A stretch of DNA of 64,000 nucleotides from an uncultured Gemmatimonadales bacterium (lineage in GTDB: Bacteria > Gemmatimonadota > Gemmatimonadetes > Gemmatimonadales > GWC2-71-9). The notes below the pieces were generated by a model. That model did no database searches. It saw nothing but the letters and a program-made list of their open reading frames with translations, and was not told the origin of the DNA. The DNA is taken from positions 1,024,001 to 1,088,000 of the forward strand of contig CAVSLV010000001.1 of the NCBI GenBank assembly GCA_963728915.1. The letters run 5' to 3'. Shown piece after piece: positions 23,000-33,671 of the stretch. Made by a program: the position numbers and the translations under genes. Position 1 is the stretch's first letter. Every line of letters starts with the position of its first letter.

Positions 23000-24214
23000 C
23001 TAGAAGCCGACTTCCGACATGACGTCACCGACGGTGTGAAAAGACCCGGTTACCAGCACGGTCCCCGCCCCTTCCTGAACCTGGCACAACGCTTCCCTGA
23101 AGTCGGGCACCAGCTGCCAGGCGGCTTGGGCCCGAGGACGGTTCGGGTCTTTGAGCCATTGCCGGAGCCAGTCCACATTCCACCGCCGCCCTTCCGCACT
23201 CGGCGTCACCGTCAGGATGCCCCGGTCGACCTCGCGATCCAGCCGGACCAGCATCTCGGCCCAGGCCTTTTCGCCCAGGATCGAGACCAGCGCGTGCAGC
23301 GGTCTTGGGAGATCGAGCTCCCGGAGCGCGGCACAGAGCGCTTCGACCCCATCAGGATTGTGGGCGACATCAAAGAGCCACTTACCCCGTCGATCGAGAC
23401 GGCCGGGAACGGTAACCTGCTGGAAACCGGCCTGAATCGCCGCTTCGGAAGGTCGGTATGGCCTTGGGAGGGACTCCAGAACTTCCCTTGCCACCGCGGC
23501 ATTTCGTCGTTGATGGGCGCCGAGCAACGCCAATGGACCCTGGTAGCGGTCATCGGCGGGGACCACCCGGGCGTCGAGCTCTCCCGCGGTCGCCCGGCCG
23601 GCTTCTTCGGTCAGCACCGCGACGAGGTCAGGGCGGGTCTCGCCGACAATGAACGGCGCCCCGGGTTTCGCGATCCACGCCTTCTCGCGGGCGATGGCCT
23701 CGAGCGTATCGCCCAGGTACTTCTGATGATCCATTTCGATCTTGGTGACCGCGCTTGCCAGGGGACGCACCACATTGGTACTGTCGAGCCGTCCGCCCAG
23801 CCCAACCTCGATCACGGCGATGTCGCTGGCCCGAGCGGCGAGGTCGGCGAAGGCGATCGCGGTGGTCACTTCAAAGAAGGTGGCGCCGAGCTCGTCGGCC
23901 AGGGGTCGAAGCCGGTCCACCCACATCGCGACGGCCGCCTCTCCGATGGGGAGGCCGTCCACCTGGATCCGTTCGGGAAACCGGACCAGATGGGGTGAGG
24001 TGTAGGTGCCCACCCGAAAACCCATAACCCGCAGCGCTCCGGCCATGAGCGCGGTGACGCTTCCCTTCCCGTTGGTGCCGCCGACGTGAATGGTGGGATA
24101 GACCGCCTGGGGATCGCCCAGCAAGCCGAGCAGCCGCCGGGTCGTTTCCAGACCGAACTTGATCTGGCTGACCCGTGGGTAGAGATAGGCGAGGGCGTCC
24201 TGGTAGGAAAGCAT
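23000..24214 (-). CDS. folC: Folylpolyglutamate synthase/dihydrofolate synthase
   Basis: HVGGTNGKGS, YTSPHL, EVGLGGRLDSTN, DVAHNP, VTGSFHTVG. Confidence 0.94.
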   Translation of the reverse strand: MLSYQDALAYLYPRVSQIKFGLETTRRLLGLLGDPQAVYPTIHVGGTNGKGSVTALMAGALRVMGFRVGTYTSPHLVRFPERIQVDGLPIGEAAVAMWVDRLRPLADELGATFFEVTTAIAFADLAARASDIAVIEVGLGGRLDSTNVVRPLASAVTKIEMDHQKYLGDTLEAIAREKAWIAKPGAPFIVGETRPDLVAVLTEEAGRATAGELDARVVPADDRYQGPLALLGAHQRRNAAVAREVLESLPRPYRPSEAAIQAGFQQVTVPGRLDRRGKWLFDVAHNPDGVEALCAALRELDLPRPLHALVSILGEKAWAEMLVRLDREVDRGILTVTPSAEGRRWNVDWLRQWLKDPNRPRAQAAWQLVPDFREALCQVQEGAGTVLVTGSFHTVGDVMSEVGF

Positions 24215-24255
24215 GGCAGCGACCGGTTCCCGGAGACCGGCCCACCGGTTGCGAG

Positions 24256-25113
24256 TTACTCGTCCCCGGTCGCCGCCTCGGCACCGGACATGTGCCGGAT
24301 CAGCCGAGCGGTGGTTTCCCGCAGGGAGGGCCGGGTCACCACGTCGTCAATCTGGCCGTGCTCGAGAAGGAACTCGGCCGTCTGGAACCCCTCGGGGAGA
24401 TCCTGACCGATCGTCTGCTTGATCACCCGCTGCCCCGCGAAGCCGATGACGGCCCCGGGCTCCGCGAGCACTACGTCGCCCTGCATGGCGAAGGAGGCCG
24501 ACACGCCTCCGGTGGTGGGATTGGTGAGAATCGTGAGGAACGGGACCGCGGCGATCTTCACTTCGGCGATGGCTGCCGAGGTCTTGGCCATCTGCATGAG
24601 CGAGAGCACCCCCTCCTGCATCCGGGCCCCGCCGGAGGTGCAGACCAGCACCAGCGGAATGCGCTTGTCGGCGGAGCGGCGCGCCAGGCGGGCAACCTTC
24701 TCCCCGACCACCGATCCCATCGACCCACCCATGAAGGCGAAGTTCATCACCCCAAAGTGGGTCGGAATGCCTTCCAGCCGGCCCAGGCCGGCATAGATCG
24801 CCTCCGAGCCGCCGGCCTTCTTGGTAGCGGCCTCGAAGCGTTCTCGATAATTCTCGAATCCGAGGGGGTCTTCGGAGCGGAGGGTTCCGTACAGCTCACG
24901 CCAGGTACCGGGGTCGGCGAGCAGCTCGATGTACTCTTCGGCGGTGTAGCGACGGTGATGCCCGCATTCGGGACAGACGTTGAGCGCCTTCTCGAATCGC
25001 TCCCGGATGTCGACGTGGCCGCAGTTCTCACAGCGCTCCCAGGCATCTCGAGGAATCTCGAGCCTGGTGCGTTGGGAAATGCGTTGTCGGCGTTCTTTCT
25101 TGAACCAGGCCAT
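24256..25113 (-). CDS. accD: Acetyl-CoA carboxylase carboxyltransferase beta subunit
   Basis: Zinc finger CENC..CPEC, FMGGSMGSVVGEK, SGGARMQEG, PTTGGVSASFA, LPEGFQTAEFLLEHG. Confidence 0.96.
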   Translation of the reverse strand: MAWFKKERRQRISQRTRLEIPRDAWERCENCGHVDIRERFEKALNVCPECGHHRRYTAEEYIELLADPGTWRELYGTLRSEDPLGFENYRERFEAATKKAGGSEAIYAGLGRLEGIPTHFGVMNFAFMGGSMGSVVGEKVARLARRSADKRIPLVLVCTSGGARMQEGVLSLMQMAKTSAAIAEVKIAAVPFLTILTNPTTGGVSASFAMQGDVVLAEPGAVIGFAGQRVIKQTIGQDLPEGFQTAEFLLEHGQIDDVVTRPSLRETTARLIRHMSGAEAATGDE

Positions 25114-25218
25114 CACGGCCATAGGGCAGCGTCGGAGACCATGGATTCCGCGGCAGGGATAAAATGCAATCTGGCGCAATCCCTGTCGGGCCGCCAGTGC
25201 CATGCGGCTAAGTCCTTG

Positions 25219-26460
25219 TCAGGGCTCAGCATAACCGGCGAGCCGAGAGTCCCAGGCCACCCGGAAAACCAGTCCCAGGCCGATCCCAACCGCGAGGAGG
25301 AAGGACCCTCCGTAGGAGAAAAACGGGAGCGGGATCCCGGTGATCGGCATGAGATTGATGGTCATGCCCACGTTCTCGAACAAATGGGTGAACAGAATCC
25401 CGAGCACCCCGAACACGACCAGGCTGGAAAAAGGATCGGTGGCGCGACGGGCGATCCGGAGAATCACCAGGAAGAGCCAGAGAAAGAGACCCAAGGCGAC
25501 CAGGACGCCGACGAAGCCGAGCTCCTCCCCCACGACCGCGAAGATGAAATCGGTGTACTGCTCGGGCAGGAATGCCAGGCGTTTCTGGGGGCCGTTGAGA
25601 AAGCCGTTCCCGAAGAGCCCCCCTGACCCCACCGCGACCTTGGATTGAATGGCCTGGTATCCCGAATGGATTGGGTCGCTGTAGGGATTCAGAAACGTGA
25701 TCAGACGTTGCCGCTGGTAGTCCTTGAGGCGGTTCCATAGCAGGATCGCCAGCACGCCCATCGCGGAATTGACCACGTAGATGAGCACGCCTTCCACGAT
25801 ATAGGACCGCCAGAATACCAGCAGCAGGAAGAGCAGCACCATCCAGGCGCCCCACCACCCGGTGCTCCCGGCCAGCAACAGGCTGATGACCGGAGAGGCG
25901 AGCAGCACGAGAAGGCGAGGCGAGACGCCGGCCCAGAACAGCATCGCGAAGAGGATCCCCACGAAAACGATCGCGCTACCCAGATCCGGCTGGGCCATGA
26001 CGAGCAGCACCGGCACCGCGACGATCAGGCAGGGACGAAACAAAGCTCGCAGGGTGCGGGGCGGTTCCCGCGAGGAGGAGAGATAGCGGGCCAGCATCAG
26101 GACAGTTCCGAGCTTGGCGAGCTCGACCGGCTGCCCCAGACGATGCCCCGCGATGGTGAGCCAGCTCTTGGTGGCCGCGGCCGTGCCCGACCCGGTACCG
26201 ACAAAAAGAAGCAGGACCAGCGCGGCGAGTCCGATCCCGAAAACGCCCGGAGCCGCCCATTCGAGCAGCCGGAAGTTCACCCGGAATACCAGGGCACCTG
26301 CCACGCCGGCGAGCCCGGCCCAGGCGAGCTGGCGTTGCCAGGCGTTCCGGGCCACCGTGGGGACATCGGTCTGGCCGGCGGAATACACCATCAGAATGCC
26401 GAACGCGGTGAGCGCCATCACCGCGAGGAGGAGCTGCCGGTCGATCCCTCCCCGCCTCAT
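25219..26460 (-). CDS. rodA: Rod shape-determining SEDS protein RodA
   Basis: QPVELAK, QPDLGSA, LPEQYTDFIF, PITGIPLPFFSYGGS; follows mrdA. Confidence 0.94.
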   Translation of the reverse strand: MRRGGIDRQLLLAVMALTAFGILMVYSAGQTDVPTVARNAWQRQLAWAGLAGVAGALVFRVNFRLLEWAAPGVFGIGLAALVLLLFVGTGSGTAAATKSWLTIAGHRLGQPVELAKLGTVLMLARYLSSSREPPRTLRALFRPCLIVAVPVLLVMAQPDLGSAIVFVGILFAMLFWAGVSPRLLVLLASPVISLLLAGSTGWWGAWMVLLFLLLVFWRSYIVEGVLIYVVNSAMGVLAILLWNRLKDYQRQRLITFLNPYSDPIHSGYQAIQSKVAVGSGGLFGNGFLNGPQKRLAFLPEQYTDFIFAVVGEELGFVGVLVALGLFLWLFLVILRIARRATDPFSSLVVFGVLGILFTHLFENVGMTINLMPITGIPLPFFSYGGSFLLAVGIGLGLVFRVAWDSRLAGYAEP

Positions 26461-28349
26461 CTGGGCCGGATCGGAGCTCCGCCCCCCGGGCGCCGCACCG
26501 CACGCGTGGTATCGGGACGCAGCGTGTCGGGACCGATGTCCACCGGCGCCACCACCGAGTCCTCCACCACCGAGAAGCGGACCGGCGATTTGGCCATCGC
26601 GGGATTGAGCTCGGTGAGATAGTGCTTGATCACCTGGGCAACGTAGGGAGCCACCACCGTGCCGTGCAGCTTGAACTCCATGATGCTGCCGACCACGATC
26701 TTCGGGTTATCGGCCGGGGCGAATCCAATGAACCAGCCGTGGTCCGGACCGTGGGGATTCTGGGCCGTGCCGGTCTTCCCCGCCATGTTGATCTCACGCC
26801 CGCCGCTCGCTGCCGCCGTGCCGCGCTGCACCACGCTGGAGAGGGCCTCCCGAATACCGGCCAGCTGGACCGAGTCCAGTCCCAGCGAAATCGTGCTCGA
26901 GTCGGATCGCTGCACCAGATACGGCGCGGCGAGAGTGCCGTCACCGGCGAGCGCGGCGTAGAACCGCATCATGTTGATCAGAGTCTGGGAATTCTCGCCC
27001 TGCCCGATCGAGAGATTGAGGGTGACCGCATTGGTCCAGCCCCGGGGACCTCGCAGCCGGTCGTAGTAGGCGGTATTGGCCGGCCACAGGGGCCGGATCT
27101 CATGACCCAGGTCAATGCCGGTACGGTCCCCGAAGCCCATCTTGGTTCCGTCTTCGAGGATGTTGGGCAGTCCGAGCCGGAGGCCGAGCTGGTAGAAGTA
27201 GGCATCGCAGCTCTGCCGGATGGCGCCCGCCAGGTCGAGCGCCCCGTGCCCTTCCGGCTTCCAGCAGCGGAAGAACCGGTTGCCGTATTGAAACCCGCCC
27301 CGGCAGGGTTCCGGCATCTTGGTATCCAGCGTGGCGACCCCGCGCCGCAAGGCCATCACCGCGAGCGCAAGCTTGAACGTCGAAGCGGGCGGATAGGTCC
27401 CTCGCACCGCCCGATTCATCAGGGGCTTGGCGTCGTCGTTCATCAGGGCGTCCCACTTGTCGGTCGGAATACCGCCGATGAAATCATTCGGATCGAAGGC
27501 GGGAGCCGAGAAAAGCGCCAGGATCTCGCCGCTCGGGGTCATCGCCACCATCGCCCCGCGGGTCCCCGGCATCGCGGCGTTCCACAAACTGTCGATATAG
27601 AGCTGGAGCGGCAGATCGATCGTGGTCCGGACTGGAAGGCCACGAATCGGCGCGAGCGAAGCGGCCGCAACTTCTTCCCGCACCATTCTGCCGCGGGCAT
27701 CGACTTCGGTGAACTGGACTCCATCGGTGCCCCGAAGCTCGTCGTCGTATTCTTCCTCGAGGCCATCCCGGCCAACCAGCGATCCCATGCGGGCGCTCCC
27801 GAATCGCCCCCGCTTGAGCTCGTCCTCGGAGACCTCACCGACGTACCCGACCAGATGAGCCACGGCGCTCCCGCCGGTATAGATCCGCTTCGGCTCGGTC
27901 TGGATGACCAGCCCCGGCAGGGAGTAACGGTGTTCCTCCAGCCGGGACACGGTCTCGAACGGCGCGCCGGTGAAAACCACCGCGGGCTGATAGGGCGCCT
28001 CCCCGTAGCGGCGGACCACCGACTCGATCCCCGAGCTGTCGAGCGCTACCAGGCGGCTCACCCGGTCGAGGACCGCCCGCAAGGAATCGCGCGAGGGCGC
28101 GAACAGCTTCACGGTGTACCCCGGGACGTTGTCGGCGATCACCCGTCCCTTCCGGTCGAGGATTTCCCCGCGGGGCGCGAGCAGCATGACCTGGCGAAGC
28201 CGGTTCTTCTGGGATTGCAGCCGGTAGGCGCTCACCTCGACCACCTGGGTCCGGAAGAAGGCGCCGCTCAGCACCAGAAAGACCAGGGCCAGGATCACCC
28301 TGGTGATGAAGGTGCGTTCTCGCAGCCGCTCCGAGGTGAACGCGCTCAT
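26457..28349 (-). CDS. mrdA: Penicillin-binding protein 2
   Basis: APRGEILDR, SxxK (PASTFK), SCD, KTGTAQ; mreBCD context. Confidence 0.93.
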   Translation of the reverse strand: MSAFTSERLRERTFITRVILALVFLVLSGAFFRTQVVEVSAYRLQSQKNRLRQVMLLAPRGEILDRKGRVIADNVPGYTVKLFAPSRDSLRAVLDRVSRLVALDSSGIESVVRRYGEAPYQPAVVFTGAPFETVSRLEEHRYSLPGLVIQTEPKRIYTGGSAVAHLVGYVGEVSEDELKRGRFGSARMGSLVGRDGLEEEYDDELRGTDGVQFTEVDARGRMVREEVAAASLAPIRGLPVRTTIDLPLQLYIDSLWNAAMPGTRGAMVAMTPSGEILALFSAPAFDPNDFIGGIPTDKWDALMNDDAKPLMNRAVRGTYPPASTFKLALAVMALRRGVATLDTKMPEPCRGGFQYGNRFFRCWKPEGHGALDLAGAIRQSCDAYFYQLGLRLGLPNILEDGTKMGFGDRTGIDLGHEIRPLWPANTAYYDRLRGPRGWTNAVTLNLSIGQGENSQTLINMMRFYAALAGDGTLAAPYLVQRSDSSTISLGLDSVQLAGIREALSSVVQRGTAAASGGREINMAGKTGTAQNPHGPDHGWFIGFAPADNPKIVVGSIMEFKLHGTVVAPYVAQVIKHYLTELNPAMAKSPVRFSVVEDSVVAPVDIGPDTLRPDTTRAVRRPGGGAPIRPR

Positions 28350-28362
28350 TCGGCCCGGTTCC

Positions 28363-28860
28363 TCAGGTCGCGATCCGGATGGCGAACCAGTTCCGGAAGA
28401 AGATCAGCACCACGGTCCCGGCGAGCGCCGTCGTCACCGCCTGGAGCGGCGTCCAGACCAGGAACTCCCGGCTGGCGAGCATGCCAAGCGAAGCGCCGCT
28501 GGCAACCAGCAGGATCGCATTCCGCAGCACCACCGCCCCCGCGAAGAAGCCGGCGTTCACCATCAGATTGTGGGGGAAGAACACCGCCCGACCCCAGGCG
28601 GCGAGGTAACCGACGACGGTATGCGCCAGCGCCCCCGCCCCGAAATGCGCCGGGGTCAGCACGTCGGTCACCAGGCCTACGAAGAACCCGGCCACCGCCC
28701 CCGCTCCCGGCCGCGCCCCAGTGGCGAAGAGCATCAGTCCGAGGATCAGGAAGTCCGGCGCCGCCCGCCCATCCCAGATTCTGGGGCGAACGTAGAAGTG
28801 CAACGCCAGGAGTAATACGAAACCGAGAACCAGCCGGCCGGAACCGCGGCGGAGATTCAC
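28363..28860 (-). CDS. mreD: Rod shape-determining protein MreD
   Basis: Hydrophobic ~165 aa, PDFL, GFFVGLVTDVL; GTG start overlaps the mreC stop. Confidence 0.85.
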   Translation of the reverse strand: MNLRRGSGRLVLGFVLLLALHFYVRPRIWDGRAAPDFLILGLMLFATGARPGAGAVAGFFVGLVTDVLTPAHFGAGALAHTVVGYLAAWGRAVFFPHNLMVNAGFFAGAVVLRNAILLVASGASLGMLASREFLVWTPLQAVTTALAGTVVLIFFRNWFAIRIAT

Positions 28861-29708
28861 GGGCGGCCCGCCGTCCCCCCGCTGCCCAGCCCACTCCCGG
28901 TCACGGGACGAAGCACCAGCACGTGGGAAATCCGCCCCGGATTGGCCAGCGGCGCGAGCCGGTAGATCCGTTCCCAGCCAAGCTCCTCTTTGCGCACGCC
29001 GAGCACCCGGCCGATCGGAATCCCGCGCGGATAGACGCCCCCTAACCCGGAGGTCACGACCTCCGTGCCCGCCGCCACGGTATCCCGGAAGGCGACCCCG
29101 CGAAGCTCCAGGAAGGTCTCGCTGGGATCGCTGTTGGGCGACGGCGCCACGATCCCGAGCACGGCACCATCCACGCTCGCCGCGCTGACCCGGAATTCGG
29201 GATGCGACCAGGTCATGGCCACCGAGCTCCGTCCGCTCGTGGTCAGCACGACTCCGACCAGGCCTTCGGGCGCGACGACCGGGCTCCCCGCGATCACTCC
29301 GTCCGCCTGGCCCGCCGAGAGCAGCAGGGTCTGGCCATCGGTCGGGACCACCTGGTGCAGGACCTCGGCGGGGATCGAGCTCAACCGTTCCCGCGATTTC
29401 AGTCCGAGCAGAGCCCGCAGCCGCTGGTTTTCCGCCACAATCTCGGGGAGGGTCTGCGCCGCATACGCCGCCGAATCCCGCTGGGCCTGGAGCGCCTCGA
29501 ACCTCGAACGGCTGGTGCGCCCCTCGGCGGCCCGCTCCTGGAGCCAGAGGACCGGCATCAGCGCCGTCCCGCGCAGTCGTTCCGCCAGCGCGAAGCTCCA
29601 GCGATCCGGGAGGGCGATCGCCCCGAGGGAGAGGACCAGGCACCCCAGGAGCAGAAGCTGGTCGCCGCGCGAGGTCCGGTCATCGAAACCGCTCCGGGGA
29701 TACCTCAT
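28857..29708 (-). CDS. mreC: Rod shape-determining protein MreC
   Basis: TM plus coiled coil, ENQRLRALL, VTSGLGGVYPRGIPIG. Confidence 0.92.
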   Translation of the reverse strand: MRYPRSGFDDRTSRGDQLLLLGCLVLSLGAIALPDRWSFALAERLRGTALMPVLWLQERAAEGRTSRSRFEALQAQRDSAAYAAQTLPEIVAENQRLRALLGLKSRERLSSIPAEVLHQVVPTDGQTLLLSAGQADGVIAGSPVVAPEGLVGVVLTTSGRSSVAMTWSHPEFRVSAASVDGAVLGIVAPSPNSDPSETFLELRGVAFRDTVAAGTEVVTSGLGGVYPRGIPIGRVLGVRKEELGWERIYRLAPLANPGRISHVLVLRPVTGSGLGSGGTAGRP

Positions 29709-29711
29709 CGA

Positions 29712-30746
29712 TTACGAGCTGAGGACGCTGCGATACTTTTCGAAATCGTCGAGGATCCGCCCGGTCCCTCGTACCACGCAGGTCAGGGGGTCCTCGTCGA
29801 GGTGGATCGGGAGTCCGGTCTCCTGCTGGAGCAGGAGATCGAGCCCCCGGATCAGGGCCCCCCCGCCGGTCATGATGATGCCGCGGTCCACGATATCACT
29901 GGCGAGCTCCGGCGGCGTGATTTCGAGGGCGCGTCGCACCGCGTCCACGATCTGCTGCACCGGTTCCTGAATCGACTCCCGGATTTCGCTGGAATGCACC
30001 CGCACCGTCTTGGGAATCCCGGACACCAGGTCCCTGCCCTTCACTTCCATCTCTTTCTCTTCGCCGATCGGATAGGCCGAGCCGATCTTGATCTTGATGG
30101 CTTCGGCGGTCGGCTCTCCGACCAGCAGGTTGTAGTTCTTCCGCATGAACTGCACGATCGCCTGGTCCAGCTCGTCACCGCCGGTCCGAATCGAGGTGTC
30201 ACTCACGATGCCGGAGAGCGCGATCACCGCGATCTCGGTGGTCCCCCCCCCGATGTCGATGACCATGTTGCCGGTCGGGGTTTCGACCGGCAGCCCGACG
30301 CCGATCGCAGCCGCCATCGGCTCGGCCACCATGAGCACCTGTTTGGCGCCGGCGGTCTCCGCAGAATCGCGGACCGCGCGACGCTCCACCTCGGTGATCC
30401 CGGAGGGCACACACACGATCACCCGTGGTTTCACGCGGAAGATGTGCTTGTCGATGATGGTCTTGAGGAAATACCGCAGCATCTTTTCGGTGACGTCGAA
30501 ATCGGCGATCACGCCGTCCTTGAGAGGACGAACCGCGATGATGCCGTCCGGGGTGCGGCCCAGCATCCGTTTCGCCTCGAGACCGACGCCCTTGATCTTC
30601 CCCGTCGCGCGTTCCAGCGCCACGACCGAGGGCTCGTTGAGGACGATGCCTTCTCCCCGGACATAAATGAGCGTATTCGCGGTGCCCAGATCCACCGCGA
30701 TCTCATTGGCAGGGAGGAAACTGCCCAGTTTCCAGGATGAAAACAT
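29712..30746 (-). CDS. mreB: Actin-like MreB
   Basis: DLGTANT, IRPLKDGVIADF-like motif, EPMAAAIG, DIGGGTTE, TGGGAL. Confidence 0.97.
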   Translation of the reverse strand: MFSSWKLGSFLPANEIAVDLGTANTLIYVRGEGIVLNEPSVVALERATGKIKGVGLEAKRMLGRTPDGIIAVRPLKDGVIADFDVTEKMLRYFLKTIIDKHIFRVKPRVIVCVPSGITEVERRAVRDSAETAGAKQVLMVAEPMAAAIGVGLPVETPTGNMVIDIGGGTTEIAVIALSGIVSDTSIRTGGDELDQAIVQFMRKNYNLLVGEPTAEAIKIKIGSAYPIGEEKEMEVKGRDLVSGIPKTVRVHSSEIRESIQEPVQQIVDAVRRALEITPPELASDIVDRGIIMTGGGALIRGLDLLLQQETGLPIHLDEDPLTCVVRGTGRILDDFEKYRSVLSS

Positions 30747-30780
30747 TCTCGCGGGGGAACCGGAGTGAGAGCTAAAAGCT

Positions 30781-30809
30781 ATCCTAATGGTTGGCTTACA
30801 CTTCCACAA
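30781..30809 (-). promoter_or_regulatory. Putative promoter for the mreBCD operon
   Basis: TTGTGG-17 nt-TAGGAT in an AT-richer intergenic gap. Confidence 0.45.
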
Positions 30810-30823
30810 GCGGCGGGCGGGTT

Positions 30824-31270
30824 TTACGGCCCCCTCAAACCGGTGCTGCCGAATCCTCCTTCTCCTCGCTGGGTTGGTGAGAGAGTGCTCACTAGCGCAA
30901 ATTCGGCAGGCTCGACCCGACCGATCACCATCTGAGCGATCCTCATACCCCGGCTCACTCGAAAAGACTCCTGCCCAAGGTTGACCAGCGCCACCTTGAG
31001 CTCACCCCGGTAGTCGCTGTCGATGGTTGCAGGCGTGTTGGGGAGGGAAATGCCATGCTTGAGGGCGAGTCCCGATCGGGGCCGGATCTGGATTTCGTAG
31101 CCTGGAGGGATCGCTACCGCGAATCCGGTGGCGAACAGGCGCCGCTCCCCAGGCGCCAGCTCCCCATCCTCCGCGCTCACCAGGTCGAACCCGGCGCTCC
31201 CCTCCGTGGCCCTGGCGGGAAGCGGGAGGTCGTCACCGTGGGGCAGACGGAGGATCTCGATCGTGATCAT
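30824..31270 (-). CDS. dut: dUTP diphosphatase
   Basis: [40 protein letters not shown]. Confidence 0.96.
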   Translation of the reverse strand: MITIEILRLPHGDDLPLPARATEGSAGFDLVSAEDGELAPGERRLFATGFAVAIPPGYEIQIRPRSGLALKHGISLPNTPATIDSDYRGELKVALVNLGQESFRVSRGMRIAQMVIGRVEPAEFALVSTLSPTQRGEGGFGSTGLRGP

Positions 31271-31287
31271 CGGGCGGATCAGCGGAG

Positions 31288-32400
31288 CTAGAGAACGGAC
31301 TCCACCGGCACGAGCGGCAACCCGAACGCCTCGGCCACCCCGGGATAGACGACCTTGCCCTGAACCACATTGAGTCCCAGGGCAAGCGCCCGATCCTCCC
31401 GGCAGGCAGCCTTCCATCCCTTCTTGGCGAGACGGACCCCGTAGGGCAGTGTCGCATTGGTCAGGGCCAGGGTCGAAGTGCGGGGCACCCCGCCGGGCAT
31501 GTTGGCCACCGCGTAGTGGAGGATGCCCTCCACGAAGTAGGTGGGATCGTCGTGCGTTGTGGGATGAATCGTCTCGACGCAGCCGCCCTGATCCACCGCG
31601 ACGTCCACGATCACGGACCCGGGTTGCATGCGCTTGAGATCGTTCCGAACGATGAGGCGGGGAGCCTTGGCGCCGGGGAGCAGCACCGCTCCGATCACCA
31701 GATCGGCGCGCTCGATCGCGTCGAGGATGTTGAAACGGTTCGAATAGATGGTCTTGACGTTGGCGGGGAGCACGTCGTCGAGGTACCGGAGCCGCTCGAG
31801 CGAAAGATCAAGAATGAGCACCGACGCGCCGAGCCCCGCCGCCATCTTGGCCGCGTTGATCCCGACCACTCCACCCCCGATGATCACCACCTTGGCAGGG
31901 GGAACACCGGGCACCCCGCCCAGGAGCACGCCCCGCCCGCCGTGGACTTTTTCCAGGTACTTGGCCCCTTCCTGGACGGCCATCCGCCCCGCAACCTCCG
32001 ACATCGGGGTGAGCAAAGGCAGCTCCCCATTCGGCAGCTGCACCGTCTCGTACGCCACCGCGATGGCGCCGGAATCAATGACCGCGCGGGTGAGCTTCTC
32101 GTCGGCCGCGAAATGGAAATAGGTGTAGATGATCTGATCGCGCCGCATGCGTGGCCACTCGACCGCGATCGGCTCTTTCACCTTCATGATCATTTCGGCC
32201 GCTTTCCAAACCTGATCGGCCGTGTCGAGGATCTTCCCGCCGGCGGTGCGATACTGCTCGTCGGAGAATCCGCTGCCGTCTCCTGCGCCCGCTTCGATCA
32301 GGACTTCGTGCCCCTGCCCCACCAGCAGCTCGCAGCCCGCCGGGACCAGGGCCACCCGGTTCTCGGAGGTCTTGACTTCCTTGGGAACGCCGAGAATCAC
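31288..32400 (-). CDS. ald: Alanine dehydrogenase
   Basis: [50 protein letters not shown] start overlaps the M16 stop. Confidence 0.96.
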   Translation of the reverse strand: MILGVPKEVKTSENRVALVPAGCELLVGQGHEVLIEAGAGDGSGFSDEQYRTAGGKILDTADQVWKAAEMIMKVKEPIAVEWPRMRRDQIIYTYFHFAADEKLTRAVIDSGAIAVAYETVQLPNGELPLLTPMSEVAGRMAVQEGAKYLEKVHGGRGVLLGGVPGVPPAKVVIIGGGVVGINAAKMAAGLGASVLILDLSLERLRYLDDVLPANVKTIYSNRFNILDAIERADLVIGAVLLPGAKAPRLIVRNDLKRMQPGSVIVDVAVDQGGCVETIHPTTHDDPTYFVEGILHYAVANMPGGVPRTSTLALTNATLPYGVRLAKKGWKAACREDRALALGLNVVQGKVVYPGVAEAFGLPLVPVESVL

Positions 32401-33671
32401 GATGATGTCCTTGGGGTGGAAGGAGAGGGACCGAGCCGCACCGAGCACCAGCGCGAGGGATCAAAATACTCCCCCAACACCGCGGCGATAGTGTCCCCGT
32501 CTACCGCATCGATCTCGGCCAGTATCTCCTCCAGGCGTCGGTAGCGATCCTGGTAGAGGATAGTCGCCGCCAGACGGTGCATCCGGCTGCCCGGACTCTC
32601 CAGCGCAAGCATGACCTGCCCCTTGAGCTGCTGGCGGCCGTCATCGAGATCCGTTTCCGAGAGTCCTTCCCGGATCAAGCGGTCCAGCTCTTCCCGGATC
32701 GCCGCCTCAGCCGCGTCGGCGGTCGCCGGCTGGGTGCCGACATACACGCCGATCGTCCCGGTGCCCTGATAGAGGTGGTTGAAGGCATACACGGCATACG
32801 CCAGCCCCAGCTCCTCCCGGATCCGCTGGAAGAGCCGGCTCGACATCCCGCCCCCCAGCAGGTTGGTGATGATCGCCAGGGCATACCTCCGCGGGTCCCT
32901 GGCGTCGAAAGCATCGGTCGCCAGCACCAGGTGGGTTTGCTGGGAGTCCCGTTCGGCGTCGACCGATACGCCCCGCCGGGCGCTGCTTCCGTCGATCGGC
33001 CCCCACGGCTCCATCCGCTCACCCTCGAACCAGCCTTCCCGTTCGAGCACCGTGAGCAACTGTCCATGCTCGACCCGGCCCGCAGCGGCAAAGATGCAGT
33101 TCCCGGGATAGAAACTTCGCCGATGAAGATCGCGGACCTGCTCGAGCCCCATCGCACGGACGGTCTCGGGCGTGCCCAGAATGGAGTACCCGTAAGGATG
33201 ATCGGGCCAGAGGGTCCGTCCGGTGATCTCGAACACGAGATCTTCGGGGGCATCCTGGACCCCGTCGATCTCGTCCAGAATGACGTTCCGCTCGAGCTCG
33301 AGGTCCTCGCTGCGCAGCAGGGGATGGCGGACCAGGTCGGTGAGGATCTCGACGGCGAGCGGGACGTCGGCGTCGAGGACGTGGGCCTGGAAGCTGGTGT
33401 GGTCGCGAGAGGTGTAGGCGTCGAGGGACCCGCCCCGGATTTCCAGCTCGTGGGCGAGCTGTTTGGCGGTCCGTCTGCGGGTTCCCTTGAAGACCAGGTG
33501 TTCGAGCAGATGGGCCGCGCCCATCAGGGCCGGCGGCTCGTGGACACTGGCCGATCGCACCCAGATCCCGACCGCGGCGGACCGCACCCCGGGCAGCCGC
33601 TCGGAAAGAACGACAAACCCGTTCGGGGCGACCGAACGGGTCAGTCCTTCATCGAGGAGTTCGCTCTGCAA
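32397..33671 (-). CDS. M16 (pitrilysin-family) zinc peptidase
   Basis: Inverted zincin [32 protein letters not shown]. Confidence 0.92.
   Translation of the reverse strand: MQSELLDEGLTRSVAPNGFVVLSERLPGVRSAAVGIWVRSASVHEPPALMGAAHLLEHLVFKGTRRRTAKQLAHELEIRGGSLDAYTSRDHTSFQAHVLDADVPLAVEILTDLVRHPLLRSEDLELERNVILDEIDGVQDAPEDLVFEITGRTLWPDHPYGYSILGTPETVRAMGLEQVRDLHRRSFYPGNCIFAAAGRVEHGQLLTVLEREGWFEGERMEPWGPIDGSSARRGVSVDAERDSQQTHLVLATDAFDARDPRRYALAIITNLLGGGMSSRLFQRIREELGLAYAVYAFNHLYQGTGTIGVYVGTQPATADAAEAAIREELDRLIREGLSETDLDDGRQQLKGQVMLALESPGSRMHRLAATILYQDRYRRLEEILAEIDAVDGDTIAAVLGEYFDPSRWCSVRLGPSPSTPRTSS

Noticed and set aside
26622..29045. 807-aa plus-strand ORF
   Set aside because: Antisense to mrdA/mreD/mreC; no domain signal.
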